Notes: generated by a model not told the origin, from the letters alone. Positions 45,683 through 56,211 are shown, counted from the stretch's first letter. The stretch is 64,000 bases of DNA from an uncultured Methanomassiliicoccales archaeon (GCA_963695345.1 OY968769.1:1984001-2048000), one strand, 5' to 3'. Translations and numbers: made by a program.

Positions 45683-48600
45683 GTGGTATGTGTGGGCATC
45701 AGTCCTCTAAACCCAACCAATAAATTGCTTGTTATTGTGGCTGTGATTGTTGCTGCCGGTCTCGTCATTGCCGGGGCATTTGTGCTTTTTCCCGGAAAAG
45801 GGTCGGATAATGCGGACCAAAACCCAGGAGTGGGTTCGGTCAAGGTCACATCAGCGTTATCCAAGACAAACATCAGCCTCGGTGAATCGATCATAGATTC
45901 GGCAACGGTCCCTGGCGTAGGGAACGGTACCGCGGCTCCAACAGGAACGGTAACCTTCCAGGTGAAAATAGGATCTGGACAATGGACCGCTTTTGATACC
46001 GAGACGCTGACGGCCAATGGCGCCGATGGCATAGCGAATTCCTCTGCATACAAACCGCTATCTGTGGACACATACATCTTCCGCGTGACTTACAGCGGAG
46101 ACAGTGTCTATCCCAACTCGACCAGCACGGAAGTGACCCTGAACATCTTGACGGGCCTTTACGCAACCTCCGTCACTCCATCTCTCTCCCAATCAACCAT
46201 TAGCCTGGGCCAATCGGTCACGCAGAACGTGACCGTCGAGGGCCTGGGCGCCACCTTCCCGGTCCCCCTGGGATCGGTCACCTTCGAGGTCAAGATCGGC
46301 ACCGGGTCCTGGACGGCCTATGACACAAAGAACCTCACCGCCAGCGGATCCAACGGTGTAGCTACCTCAATCCAGTACACCGCATCGGCCTCTGGTTCAC
46401 ACTACTTCAGGGCACTGTACCTGGGTGACGACAACTACATGGCCGCCCAAAGCGGCGATGACGCGGCACCCCTGACCGTCAACCTCGGCCTGGGCTCGCT
46501 TACCAACGTGCTCTCGAGTTCGACCATCGGTCTCGGTGAATCGGTCAATGACACCGTGACCGTCCCCGGTCCGGGAGCAAGCTTCCCGGCGCCCAGCGGC
46601 TCGGTCACCTTCCAGGTGAAGTTCGGTTCCGGCGCATGGACCACATACGACACCAAGACACTCTCGACCAGCGGGATCAATGGAACTGCAAATTCCACGA
46701 CCTACACACCCATGGCGGTCGGCACGTATTACTTCCGTGTGATATACGCCGGCGACGCTAACAATCAGCCGTCTCAGACCGCTGACAACGCCGCAACCCT
46801 GACCGTCAACCCGGGACAGGGCGCGAGCCCAGTCTCGATGGTGCTGTCGCAGACCACCATCACCATCGGCAGCTCGGTCACCGGCTCGGTGACCGTCCCC
46901 GGCATCGGGGCTAGCTTCCCCGCGCCAACCGGCTCGGTGGAGTTCCAGGTAAGAGGGAGCGGAGGGAATTGGACCACGTACGACACCAAGACCCTGACCG
47001 CCAACGGTAACGACGCGGTGGCCACCTCAGTGGCCTACTCACCGGTTTTCGTTGACTCCTACTATTTCAGGGCGGTCTATCTGGGAAACAGCAACTACGC
47101 GGTCTCCCACAGCGCTGACAACGGTTCGTTATTGACCGTTAACCCGGGAGAGGGCCTGACAACGATCACATCGGTGCTCTCCCAATCGACCATCACCTTC
47201 GGGGACTCGGTCACCGCATCAGTGACGGTCCAGAGCCTGAGCGGCTCCCCGATCCCTACTGGCCTGATCAGGTTCCAGGAAAAGGTCGGAGCTGGAGAAT
47301 GGACCACCTATGACACCGAGACCCTGTCCGCCAGCGGCACAATGGCCGTGGCCAGTTCGACCCATGCGCCTACCATGGCCGGATCGCACTACCTCAGGGC
47401 GGTCTACCTCGGGGATGCCTACTACGCGTCCTCCCAGACCGACGACAACGCCGAGCCCCTGATGGTCAACCCGGCTCAGGGCGGGGCCCCGACCACTGTA
47501 TTGTCGAAGACGACCGTCAACCTGGGCGAATCAGTCACCGATTCGGTGACCATACCCAGCATCGGCGTCAACCTCCCCGCACCCACCGGCTCTGTGGAGT
47601 TCCAGGTCAAGATCGGTTCCGGAGCATGGACCACCTACGACACCAAGACCCTGACCGCCAGCGGATCCAACGGGACTGCGACCTCGGCCTCATACATGCC
47701 GTTGAACCTCGGTCTCTACAGCTTCAGGGCGAAATACCTGGGTGACAGCAACTATCTGGTATCCCAGAGCGCTGACGACGCCGATCAATTGACCGTCAAC
47801 CCGGGACAGGGCGCGGGCCCAATGACCAACTCCGTCCCGGAGACGATAGGTCTTGGAAGTCCAGTAACCAACACGGTGACGGTTCCAGGCCTGAGCCAAT
47901 CCTCACCTGTGCCGACTGGTACCATAACGTTCCAGGTCAAGGTCGGTTCCGGAACATGGACCACCTACGACACCAAGACCCTGACCGCCATCGGCTATAA
48001 CGGAAGTGCGATAGCGGCATCCTATCTGCCGTTGAACCTCGGCTCGTACAGCTTCCGGTCCAACTACAGCGGCGATGCCAACTATCTCCCGGCACAGACC
48101 GCCGACGACGCAGCGGTCCTGACCGTTGTCCCCGGCAGTGGAGGTCAGATAATCGTTGTCGTATCGCCATCGACCATCAACCTGGGGGATTCGGTCACCT
48201 GCACGGCCACCGTGTTCGGGATCGGGTCCAGCTTCCCGGTGCCTACAGGAACGGTCCAGTTCCAGATCAAGAACCTTGATGGCCCATGGACCACCTTCAG
48301 CACCAAGACGCTGATCACCAGCGGCAACGACGGAGTGGCCACATCGGTCACCTACAAACCCACCGGCGGCTCGTACTACTTCAGGGTCCTGTACGCAGGT
48401 GACGCGAACTATGCGGCTGGACAGAGCAATGACACCGCCACTCACTTGACCATCAACCTCGTTGAAGTGAACACGCCGGTGCTGACGCTTCCCAGGGATA
48501 CGGTCCTGTACGGCTACAATGTCTCCCTCACCGTGAACATCCCTAAGGTCCCAACCTACCCGGTGCCGACCGGGATGGTCGAGTTCCAGTACAAATCGAG

Positions 48601-49426
48601 CACGGGAGCGTGGACCACCTACGATACCAAGAAGCTGGCCGCCACTGGAACCAGTGCAACCGCCTGGGCAGATCCATTCTCCCCGATGCTGGTCGACACA
48701 TACACCTTCCGGGCATTGTATCTGGGTGACTGGAACTATACCTCCGGACAAAGTGCGGAGAGCTCCGCCTTGACCGTCATCAAGGCGAAGACCTACACCG
48801 AGACAGCGCTTGGCGTAACCAACATCAGGCTGGGCCAGTCCGTCAGGGACAATGTCACCGTCTGGGGCATCAACGGCTCCGCCATAGTACCAACCGGCAC
48901 GGTCAGCTTCTATGTGAAGAACGGCAGCGGGGCGTGGACGCTCTATGATGAGAACGTGGCCCTGGTGGACAGGACAGCGATGTCCCGGTGGTACACTCCA
49001 ATGGAGGCGGCAGCCGATTTCAAGTTCCAGGCCATTTACAGCGGCGACTCGAACTTCAACGGCTCGGCCAGCTGCCCATGGTCTGAACCATTGAACGTCA
49101 TGGTCGCTAGGTCCCAGACCAGCATCACCATTGGACCGGTCGAGGGCAATCTAGGCCAGTCCTGGACACTGAACGCGACGGTAGCGGGTCTCGGCGGATC
49201 GTATCCCGCATTGACCGGAACCGTCACCTTCCAGTGGCAGCTGAACTGGACCGGTCCATGGACGGACATAACCACGGGAGCGACATTGGTTAACGGCGTC
49301 GCGGTCTCATCATGGTTCACGCCAACGGTGCAAGGAGTGTACATCCTGCGGGTGCTGTACAGCGGCGACGAGAACTATGACAACTCGAGTGCGGCCGTAG
49401 CCCTTAACTTCCATACGCCGGTGTGA
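45683..49426 (+). CDS. Membrane-anchored surface protein with about 11 Ig-like repeats of ~110 aa
   Basis: N-terminal TM helix and repeated PTGxVxFQVK..WTTYDTKTL..YxFRAxYxGDxNY. Confidence 0.88.
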   Translation: MVCVGISPLNPTNKLLVIVAVIVAAGLVIAGAFVLFPGKGSDNADQNPGVGSVKVTSALSKTNISLGESIIDSATVPGVGNGTAAPTGTVTFQVKIGSGQWTAFDTETLTANGADGIANSSAYKPLSVDTYIFRVTYSGDSVYPNSTSTEVTLNILTGLYATSVTPSLSQSTISLGQSVTQNVTVEGLGATFPVPLGSVTFEVKIGTGSWTAYDTKNLTASGSNGVATSIQYTASASGSHYFRALYLGDDNYMAAQSGDDAAPLTVNLGLGSLTNVLSSSTIGLGESVNDTVTVPGPGASFPAPSGSVTFQVKFGSGAWTTYDTKTLSTSGINGTANSTTYTPMAVGTYYFRVIYAGDANNQPSQTADNAATLTVNPGQGASPVSMVLSQTTITIGSSVTGSVTVPGIGASFPAPTGSVEFQVRGSGGNWTTYDTKTLTANGNDAVATSVAYSPVFVDSYYFRAVYLGNSNYAVSHSADNGSLLTVNPGEGLTTITSVLSQSTITFGDSVTASVTVQSLSGSPIPTGLIRFQEKVGAGEWTTYDTETLSASGTMAVASSTHAPTMAGSHYLRAVYLGDAYYASSQTDDNAEPLMVNPAQGGAPTTVLSKTTVNLGESVTDSVTIPSIGVNLPAPTGSVEFQVKIGSGAWTTYDTKTLTASGSNGTATSASYMPLNLGLYSFRAKYLGDSNYLVSQSADDADQLTVNPGQGAGPMTNSVPETIGLGSPVTNTVTVPGLSQSSPVPTGTITFQVKVGSGTWTTYDTKTLTAIGYNGSAIAASYLPLNLGSYSFRSNYSGDANYLPAQTADDAAVLTVVPGSGGQIIVVVSPSTINLGDSVTCTATVFGIGSSFPVPTGTVQFQIKNLDGPWTTFSTKTLITSGNDGVATSVTYKPTGGSYYFRVLYAGDANYAAGQSNDTATHLTINLVEVNTPVLTLPRDTVLYGYNVSLTVNIPKVPTYPVPTGMVEFQYKSSTGAWTTYDTKKLAATGTSATAWADPFSPMLVDTYTFRALYLGDWNYTSGQSAESSALTVIKAKTYTETALGVTNIRLGQSVRDNVTVWGINGSAIVPTGTVSFYVKNGSGAWTLYDENVALVDRTAMSRWYTPMEAAADFKFQAIYSGDSNFNGSASCPWSEPLNVMVARSQTSITIGPVEGNLGQSWTLNATVAGLGGSYPALTGTVTFQWQLNWTGPWTDITTGATLVNGVAVSSWFTPTVQGVYILRVLYSGDENYDNSSAAVALNFHTPV

Positions 49427-49782
49427 GGAACACGGTCCAGGCCGAGGATCAAACCTTTTAAACGATCTCTAGTGGCTGGGTGCGGATCTATGCCGCGCCC
49501 AGCAACTATCCTTTTTCTTATTCACATCCGACCCGATCCGAGTCACAACGATCTTTCTTCATCGCGACCGTTCCCGGCACTTTGCACCAATTGTCAACCG
49601 GGATGAAACGCAGAACGTCTTCAGTGACCGCCACTTACCATCCTGATCATATGATCCCTCAATCACAGCATTCCTGGAAATTTCGGTGTCAGGAACAAGT
49701 CCACGACATGGATCAGATCTGGTCCGTATGGATCACTGAAAATCAAGGAAAGAAAAAGGTAAGAGAGGGGACCTGCCCCCGC

Positions 49783-50457
49783 TCACATCAGTTTGTTGCC
49801 GCACTCGCCGCAGAAACGGGTTCCCGAGGCGTTCTTGGCGCCGCACTTCTGGCACACCGTCATTCCCAGCGGCTGGCCGCAGTTGTTGCAGAACTTGCCT
49901 GAGCCGGCCGGTTTCCCGCACTTAGGGCACATGGTCTGTCGCTGATCGATCTCCCCGGTGAACACCTGGGTGCTCTGGGCCTTCAGCTCGATGTCCGCTT
50001 TCATCTTCGCGGCCCGGGCGGCGGCCACTTCCACCGATTCGCGGGGGGCGTCGTTTATGCAGAGCTGGGCTTCCTCGTTCCAGTCATTGTCGCATACCCA
50101 TTGATGACATTTCGGGCAGCGTTTGAACTGCCCCTGGGCCTCATGCATGGTCAGCTCCAGCGCCGCCTGATGCTCCTTATGCCATTCCGGGGACATGCCT
50201 TCGAATCTCTCACCCAGGGCGCTGCTCCCGGTTTGCATGGCAGACCCAACGCGATAATTCCCGGTGATCGAACCGACCGCACCAGCGGCCTGGCCTAGAC
50301 CACGCAGAAACCCCTTTTTCTTGTGGGTCTGGGACTCCACGAACCGGGACTTGTAGCCCTCATTGCAGATATCGCAATGGAAGGTGAACTCGAACCCGGC
50401 CTCAGTGCTATTGTCATCATAGTTGCTTACGAACGCGATCATCTTACCGTTGGTCAT
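49783..50457 (-). CDS. Multi-zinc-ribbon protein
   Basis: CDIC, CPKC..C, C-terminal double zinc ribbon (CPKCG..FCNNCG..CQKCG..FCGECG). Confidence 0.82.
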   Translation of the reverse strand: MTNGKMIAFVSNYDDNSTEAGFEFTFHCDICNEGYKSRFVESQTHKKKGFLRGLGQAAGAVGSITGNYRVGSAMQTGSSALGERFEGMSPEWHKEHQAALELTMHEAQGQFKRCPKCHQWVCDNDWNEEAQLCINDAPRESVEVAAARAAKMKADIELKAQSTQVFTGEIDQRQTMCPKCGKPAGSGKFCNNCGQPLGMTVCQKCGAKNASGTRFCGECGNKLM

Positions 50458-50789
50458 GTCTTTCCCCCTGAGAGTGGTTTCTTGCATTTTATGCAATTCT
50501 TGTTGATAAAGGATTGTTCCGCCCCGCACTTAGGGCATGCGATCGTTAGCCTCTGGCCGCAAGCATCACAGTAATCCCCCAGGAACGTGGGCTTCCCGCA
50601 CTTCGGGCATATGGCGCGCAGGGACTGGCCACACTGGGGGCAGGACACCCAACCGTGTTCTATGGGGGCACGGCACTTCGCGCACCGTTCCTTGTCCAGA
50701 GGGTTCACCCTCCCGCACTTCGGGCACGCCACCGAGTCCGGGGGGATTATTTCGTTGCAGTACTTGCAGGGCAGAGAATATCCAGGCAT
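50454..50789 (-). CDS. Small protein made of four zinc ribbons
   Basis: Eight CxxC motifs in 111 aa. ATGA coupling to the downstream gene. Confidence 0.8.
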   Translation of the reverse strand: MPGYSLPCKYCNEIIPPDSVACPKCGRVNPLDKERCAKCRAPIEHGWVSCPQCGQSLRAICPKCGKPTFLGDYCDACGQRLTIACPKCGAEQSFINKNCIKCKKPLSGGKT

Positions 50790-50866
50790 GATCTACCGAT
50801 CCTTCTCGAACAACCTATCTGGGGGACATTACCCATTCCGGAATTAATATACTTGCGCCGATCGGC

Positions 50867-52168
50867 TCATCCGGAACCTTCCGGGTCCGACCCTTTCCAT
50901 CTCTCTGAATCGGACCTCGCGCTCACATTGAACTTCAGCAGGTCATCGATATCCTGGGAATATTTTTCCTCGGAAACGTGGCTGACCCGGCCGATGAACC
51001 TCTCGCGCAGATCCCTCAAGCCCGGAAGCGCCAGTATCGCGTAGCGGTAGTTGTCATGCGCCCCGTCGATCAACGCTGCATCATCCAAGTATATCGGTTC
51101 CCGGCGGAAATTGATCTCGGTCAGGGCATCCGACGTCCGCCCGATGACCGATTCGGCCATCTTCCTTCTTTCCGGTCCCGGGAGCTCAGCGTACTCCGCC
51201 CTTCCGGCGATGCGGAAGAAGTACGTCGCCCTGGCGCTGTCAGTTCCGCTGGCCTCGAACGCGATGGCGTTTCCCGGCGCGGTCGGATCATCGGAGACCA
51301 TCGGTATCAGCATCCATATGTAATCCCCGGTGACCCCGTCCATCAGCCCGTGCTTGAAACCGAACCGGGTCATCTCCCTCCTGCCCTTGCCGATCAATAT
51401 CCGGTAAGAGCCGGGAAGCTCCACGTCCAGCCTTTTCTCCAGCTGCTCCAGGAAATCTGGTGCCATGAAGGTAAGCTCGGCCAGGCCGGCCGCCTTGCCC
51501 TCCCGCATCATTACCGACAGTTGGGAGAGCTCATCCTCGGAGATGCCTGGATGGATCGTCTTGATGATATTCCGGGCCCGGAGCTTCATTTCCGCCACCT
51601 GGTCCGATATCGCCTTAAGCAGGGGTTCATGCTCTTTGCCCAGCATGCGGATGGAAACCCGGTTGCCGTTCTCCTCCGAGATATCGATGGTATAATTGTT
51701 CGATGAGATGGACCCGATATCGGAATAGCGGAACCTCGCCATCCTGGACATTTCAGGAACGACGATCAGCGCGGTCTCGTAGAGCCGGATCTCCGCCCTG
51801 CCTTCGTACGGCGGGACCACCGGGCCGCCCCTGATGATCACCTCGGCCTTTACCGCCGGGCTCTTCGGGCTCTCGTAGACCAGCGAATCGGATATCAACG
51901 TTTCGTTCCTGGCCTTGTGCACCTCGCGGAGCACATCCTCGTAGCGGTATCCCATGTTGAACAGCATGAGCGAACCGGAGGATGTGCCGATCTCGATGCG
52001 GTAGTCACCCGCCTTCAGCCACTCCATGTCCCTGACCGAGATCGAGGATACGACGGAGGAATTGCCTTGAACGGAAATGCTGTCCTTTCCGATGGTTACC
52101 TTCCCCTCATCCACGAGGTCGACCTTTCCATCGGGCCCAGCGTGCGAGAACTTGACCATTGATTCCAT
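50867..52168 (-). CDS. Hypothetical protein, probable tandem PH-like domains
   Basis: Long clean ORF with two beta-rich units each ending in a helix. The fold is inferred. Confidence 0.65.
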   Translation of the reverse strand: MESMVKFSHAGPDGKVDLVDEGKVTIGKDSISVQGNSSVVSSISVRDMEWLKAGDYRIEIGTSSGSLMLFNMGYRYEDVLREVHKARNETLISDSLVYESPKSPAVKAEVIIRGGPVVPPYEGRAEIRLYETALIVVPEMSRMARFRYSDIGSISSNNYTIDISEENGNRVSIRMLGKEHEPLLKAISDQVAEMKLRARNIIKTIHPGISEDELSQLSVMMREGKAAGLAELTFMAPDFLEQLEKRLDVELPGSYRILIGKGRREMTRFGFKHGLMDGVTGDYIWMLIPMVSDDPTAPGNAIAFEASGTDSARATYFFRIAGRAEYAELPGPERRKMAESVIGRTSDALTEINFRREPIYLDDAALIDGAHDNYRYAILALPGLRDLRERFIGRVSHVSEEKYSQDIDDLLKFNVSARSDSERWKGSDPEGSG

Positions 52169-52422
52169 GCGGGAAATATCAATGACCTGGAGCGTATATA
52201 ATCCTCTCCGTTCAGGGGTATAAGTTGGAAAAGATGAAGAGGCCCGATCGGTCCGTCCAGGATCAGCGGATCGAATGTGCCGTACATCATGCGGTTCCCC
52301 CCGACAAGGATCGACGGAGACGCCTGGACATCCATACCGATCGAGGTCACCGAATCCCTTTGGAGAGTGCCGGAGGCAGCCGGATGGGGGAATGGCCAGG
52401 GAATAGGATCGCACGGCAGCGA

Positions 52423-53901
52423 TCAGGATTGAACGAATGAACCGCTTGGTACGTGCATGACGAATTGAACGCCCTTCCCTTCCGTTCCCGATTCGACGAT
52501 CGTTATGCCGGTTATGCTCAGGATCTCGCGCACCAAGTAAAGTCCCAGGCCGGTGTGCTTTCCATATCCCAGCTCAAAAATCCTTTCCTTCTCCGATGAC
52601 GGTACGCCGATTCCGTCATCCTCGAAATAGACCAAAAGCCCGTCTTCCGCCAGTGTCGAACGCACCCGTATGTTCCTCACCCTCTCCCCGTGACGTATCG
52701 AGTTGTCCATGAGGTTGAGGAATACCTTCTCCAGCATCCGGTCGGCGAATATCTGGAGCTCGCCGGTCTCGATCTGGACCTTGACCTCCTTGGCGTCGAC
52801 GATGACCATCCCGCGGTGGCACGATTCCCGGACACTTATCAATGATGGCGCCTGGGTGCCCATGAGCTGATAGTCCTTGGAGAAGGAAAGTATGGTGGCG
52901 ATGTTCTCTCCGGACTCCATGGACTTCTTCAGGTATCTGATGAGGGGTGACTTCGGGTCCTTCATCAGGGCGATCTCCAGGTTGCCCATCAACACCGAAA
53001 GCTGGTTGACGGTATCGTGCCGGGTGACCGTCCCCAGAAGATTCAGCTTCTTGTTGGCCATCAGGATCGCCGTTTGCATGCGTTTCTGTTCCGTTATGTC
53101 CTCGATATAGACCGCGACCATGCGTTTTCCCAGGATGACCAGGGGCGCAGTGGTGATCCTGAGATTGAACTTGATCCGGTTGGTGCCCCGCCTTTCCTCC
53201 TGTTCCACCTCGGCATTCTTGATGCCCACCTCCGTCATGAAGGTCGTTTCCAGAGCCCTCCTTATAGCGCAGGTCTTGCAGAAGAGCGAATAGCCACAGC
53301 CTTCCGGTTCATCCGTCGAATGAATGCAATGGACCGCCTCCCCCATCCTTTTGCCAACTATGATCGGCGTGTCTTCCCCGATGAACCTGGCCATCGCGCT
53401 ATTGACCATGATCACGTCAAGCCCCTCATTGATGAGGGTTATCATGGTGGGAGAGTTCTCGAATATGGCCAGAAGGTCTGCCCTGCTTTCTCTCAGCTGG
53501 ACCTCCATTTTGGCCCTCAGGACCGACTGATAGATCATACTACCTAATTCTGCAAAGTGCAGGTGCTGGTTCCCGGTCTTGGGCATGTAGAAGTTCGCAC
53601 CGTTCTCGAGCGCCTCGACCGCGGTCTCCTCATCTCCCCCGTCGGTAAGCAGAATGAACGGGATCTTGATCCCCTTGGAACGCATTTCCTTGAGCAAGAG
53701 AATGCTGTCCAGGTCATTGGCGGTGGCATCGGACACGACCGCATCATAACCGCCCTCCAGGATCATCCTGAAAGCATCCGTATCGGTCATTGCCAGATCA
53801 AGTTCGTATTCGTCCCCCATGTCCTTCGATGACTTCAACAGGTTCCAGTAATTCTCATCGGTGACGAAGAGCGCTTTGATCCTATCATCCATGGATGGCA
53901 T
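52423..53901 (-). CDS. Hybrid REC-PAS-histidine kinase
   Basis: YDAVVSD receiver, TRHDTVNQL H-box, NLMDNSIRHG, DDGIG, GLGLY. Confidence 0.9.
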   Translation of the reverse strand: MPSMDDRIKALFVTDENYWNLLKSSKDMGDEYELDLAMTDTDAFRMILEGGYDAVVSDATANDLDSILLLKEMRSKGIKIPFILLTDGGDEETAVEALENGANFYMPKTGNQHLHFAELGSMIYQSVLRAKMEVQLRESRADLLAIFENSPTMITLINEGLDVIMVNSAMARFIGEDTPIIVGKRMGEAVHCIHSTDEPEGCGYSLFCKTCAIRRALETTFMTEVGIKNAEVEQEERRGTNRIKFNLRITTAPLVILGKRMVAVYIEDITEQKRMQTAILMANKKLNLLGTVTRHDTVNQLSVLMGNLEIALMKDPKSPLIRYLKKSMESGENIATILSFSKDYQLMGTQAPSLISVRESCHRGMVIVDAKEVKVQIETGELQIFADRMLEKVFLNLMDNSIRHGERVRNIRVRSTLAEDGLLVYFEDDGIGVPSSEKERIFELGYGKHTGLGLYLVREILSITGITIVESGTEGKGVQFVMHVPSGSFVQS

Positions 53902-54262
53902 TGCTGAGAAGAATCAACGGCATATGAGTATTTCAAAGGCCGAGGGCCGGCTATCAATTACCCAAATCGGTAATCGGAATAAAAATCTGCGGTATTTTCG
54001 TTTCAAGAAATGAAAATATGTCGTATTGCGGTCAGAGATGATGTCAGCCATCCTTGACCGCTTTACGAACGGAGATAGAACTTGAAATGATAAAAGGTCG
54101 ATATGATATTTAATGATTATCAAGAAAAATAACAGTCATAACCAACGGGGGACACAGGAATAGCGGGCGGTTCGGTGCAACGAACACCTGCCGACGAAGG
54201 TAGACGCTGAAGATGCAAAAGAAGAATTACTCGTTGATCAAACTATCTTTGGGTGCCGGAAA

Positions 54263-54820
54263 ATGATGCCAATAGGACCGCTGATGATCGAACATCGTCT
54301 CATTGAGAGAGCCATCGTACAAATGAGAACGGAGATCGACCGGGCAAAGGCCCAGCGGAGATTCGATGTCAACTTCATCGATTCATGGGTAGATTTCATC
54401 CGGACCTATGCGGACCGGGTGCATCACGGAAAAGAGGAACAGATATTGTTCCATGATCTGGCCTCAAGGCGGATATCCCCCGCCCTCAACGAAATGATGA
54501 ACGGACTGATCGAGGACCACGTCAAGGCGAGGAGGTTGGTGGCGGAGCTGGTGCTCGCCCGGAAGCGATATGCAGGCGGCGATCCCGCCTCTTTCGACCA
54601 ACTAATGGTGCTCTGCGGGGAACTGGTCGATTTCTATCCGGCGCACATCAGGAAGGAGGACAAGGAGTTCTTCATCCCGGTCATGGACTACCTAACGAAG
54701 GAGGAGAAGGACGGGATGCTCCGGCGTTTCCAGGAATTCGACGAGGGCGTCATCCATGAACATTATCGTTCGGTGGTGGAAACGATGGAGAACAGGGTGG
54801 CGGGGAACGAAACGATTTAA
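54263..54820 (+). CDS. Hemerythrin (HHE) domain protein
   Basis: EHRLI, HHGKEE, EDH, HIRKED. Confidence 0.9.
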   Translation: MMPIGPLMIEHRLIERAIVQMRTEIDRAKAQRRFDVNFIDSWVDFIRTYADRVHHGKEEQILFHDLASRRISPALNEMMNGLIEDHVKARRLVAELVLARKRYAGGDPASFDQLMVLCGELVDFYPAHIRKEDKEFFIPVMDYLTKEEKDGMLRRFQEFDEGVIHEHYRSVVETMENRVAGNETI

Positions 54821-54855
54821 CCTTAAGAGCCGCCTACCATTCCGAGGAGTTCAGC

Positions 54856-55020
54856 ATGGACAAGTACCAATGCACGGTGTGCGGATTCATATATGACCCG
54901 GAGAAGGGAGATCCAGACGGCGGCATTCCCCCGGGAACAGCGTTCGAGAGCATTCCCGACGACTGGGTATGTCCAGTGTGCGGCGCGGCGAAGAGCATGT
55001 TCGAGAAGTACAACGGCTGA
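54856..55020 (+). CDS. Rubredoxin (54 aa)
   Basis: Manual translation [54 protein letters not shown] with GAGGAG SD. Below the ORF-track cut-off. Confidence 0.96.
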   Translation: MDKYQCTVCGFIYDPEKGDPDGGIPPGTAFESIPDDWVCPVCGAAKSMFEKYNG

Positions 55021-55100
55021 AACCATATGAGGCCGAATTCCTTCCTTTTCCCCGAACTTCAGATCACCATGGGTCCGTCCAGCGATTTGGGCGTTCGGAT

Positions 55101-55260
55101 CGGGACACTTCTTTTGTGATAGTCCCGTTAAGTTGCGTCTTAACGATTGAGTGCGAAATCATCACTCATTTCCTTTATGTACTGCAAAAGCATATTCGGT
55201 TTGGGCATCTCTATTGCTGTCTTTCTCCAAACGGACAACAATGGGGATGTCCTCTTTTTG
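55101..55260 (+). other. Run of hairpins ending in a 19-bp stem and T-tract (candidate sRNA or terminator)
   Basis: 55203-55221 pairs with 55234-55252 (3 G-U, 1 mismatch), followed by TCTTTTTG. Confidence 0.45.
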
Positions 55261-55419
55261 ACAGATATTTTGACACATATTCATCCTTAGGATAAGCGCA
55301 CTTCCGCAAATCGTGCTTCATGAGCATCTCCTTCATGGGGAAAAAGTCTAGATGGAAGAATCGTCATTGGGCTTCAGCTCATCCGAACAACGTTCAGTGG
55401 GTCCTGGGTTGGAAGCAAC

Positions 55420-56211
55420 ATGGAAAGGAAGATTGTAGGGCAGGGCAGACATTCCACGGTCTATGAATATCAGGACAACCAGGTCCTCAAGATGTACCCA
55501 GCGGGGACAATCAGGGAAGTGGCGGAGGAAGAGCTGAGGAAGACCATCCTGGTCAAGTCGTACGGTGTCGAGTGCCCCACGGCCCGCGACCTGGTAGAGG
55601 AGCAGGGAGGTTTCGGCATACTGGTCGACCGGGTCCTGGGGCCGAACTATCTGGAGTGGTCGCTGCAGCATCCAACGGCGATGAACAAGCTCATCGCCCT
55701 GTTCGTCCAGGAGCAGCACGAGATCCACATGCACAAGGTGCCGGAGCTGCCCTCGATCAAGGAGATATTGTGGGACAAGATCCAGAATTGCCAGGCCATA
55801 CCCCAGGATTCGAAGGATCGCCTGCAGACCAAGCTGAAGAAGCTGCCAGAAGGCGAGTACCTGTGCCATTTGGACTATCACCCGGAGAATATCATCGTAT
55901 CCGTCGACGGTCCGCTGACCATCGATTGGGCCAACGCCGGAAAGGGGGACTACCTGGCGGACGTAGCCATGACATCGGTCCTGCTCGATATCGGGACACT
56001 TCCCAAGGGCATGTCCTTCGATGATGAAGGGGTGCTCGAGAACACCATGGGCCGATTCTTCGCCAACTACATCAGGGAATACCTGAAGATGTGCGGGAAG
56101 GGGGAAGAGGATCTTCTGATCTGGATGGCGCCGGTCGCCGCCGCCCGTCTGGGAGAGGGCATCCCGGAGGAAGAGGAATCCCTCCAGCGTATCCTAAAGG
56201 CGAACCTCTGA
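55420..56211 (+). CDS. Aminoglycoside phosphotransferase / kinase-like protein
   Basis: VGQGRHSTVY, VLKMY, LCHLDYHPENII, IDWANA. Confidence 0.85.
   Translation: MERKIVGQGRHSTVYEYQDNQVLKMYPAGTIREVAEEELRKTILVKSYGVECPTARDLVEEQGGFGILVDRVLGPNYLEWSLQHPTAMNKLIALFVQEQHEIHMHKVPELPSIKEILWDKIQNCQAIPQDSKDRLQTKLKKLPEGEYLCHLDYHPENIIVSVDGPLTIDWANAGKGDYLADVAMTSVLLDIGTLPKGMSFDDEGVLENTMGRFFANYIREYLKMCGKGEEDLLIWMAPVAAARLGEGIPEEEESLQRILKANL

Noticed and set aside
31928-49426. DGR template/variable repeat pairs in pstS or the Ig gene
   Set aside because: Mismatches are not adenine-specific, both copies are coding, and no reverse transcriptase is present.
55420-56211. Antibiotic resistance gene
   Set aside because: Only the generic APH/choline-kinase fold motifs are present, the substrate is unknown, and there is no mobile context.
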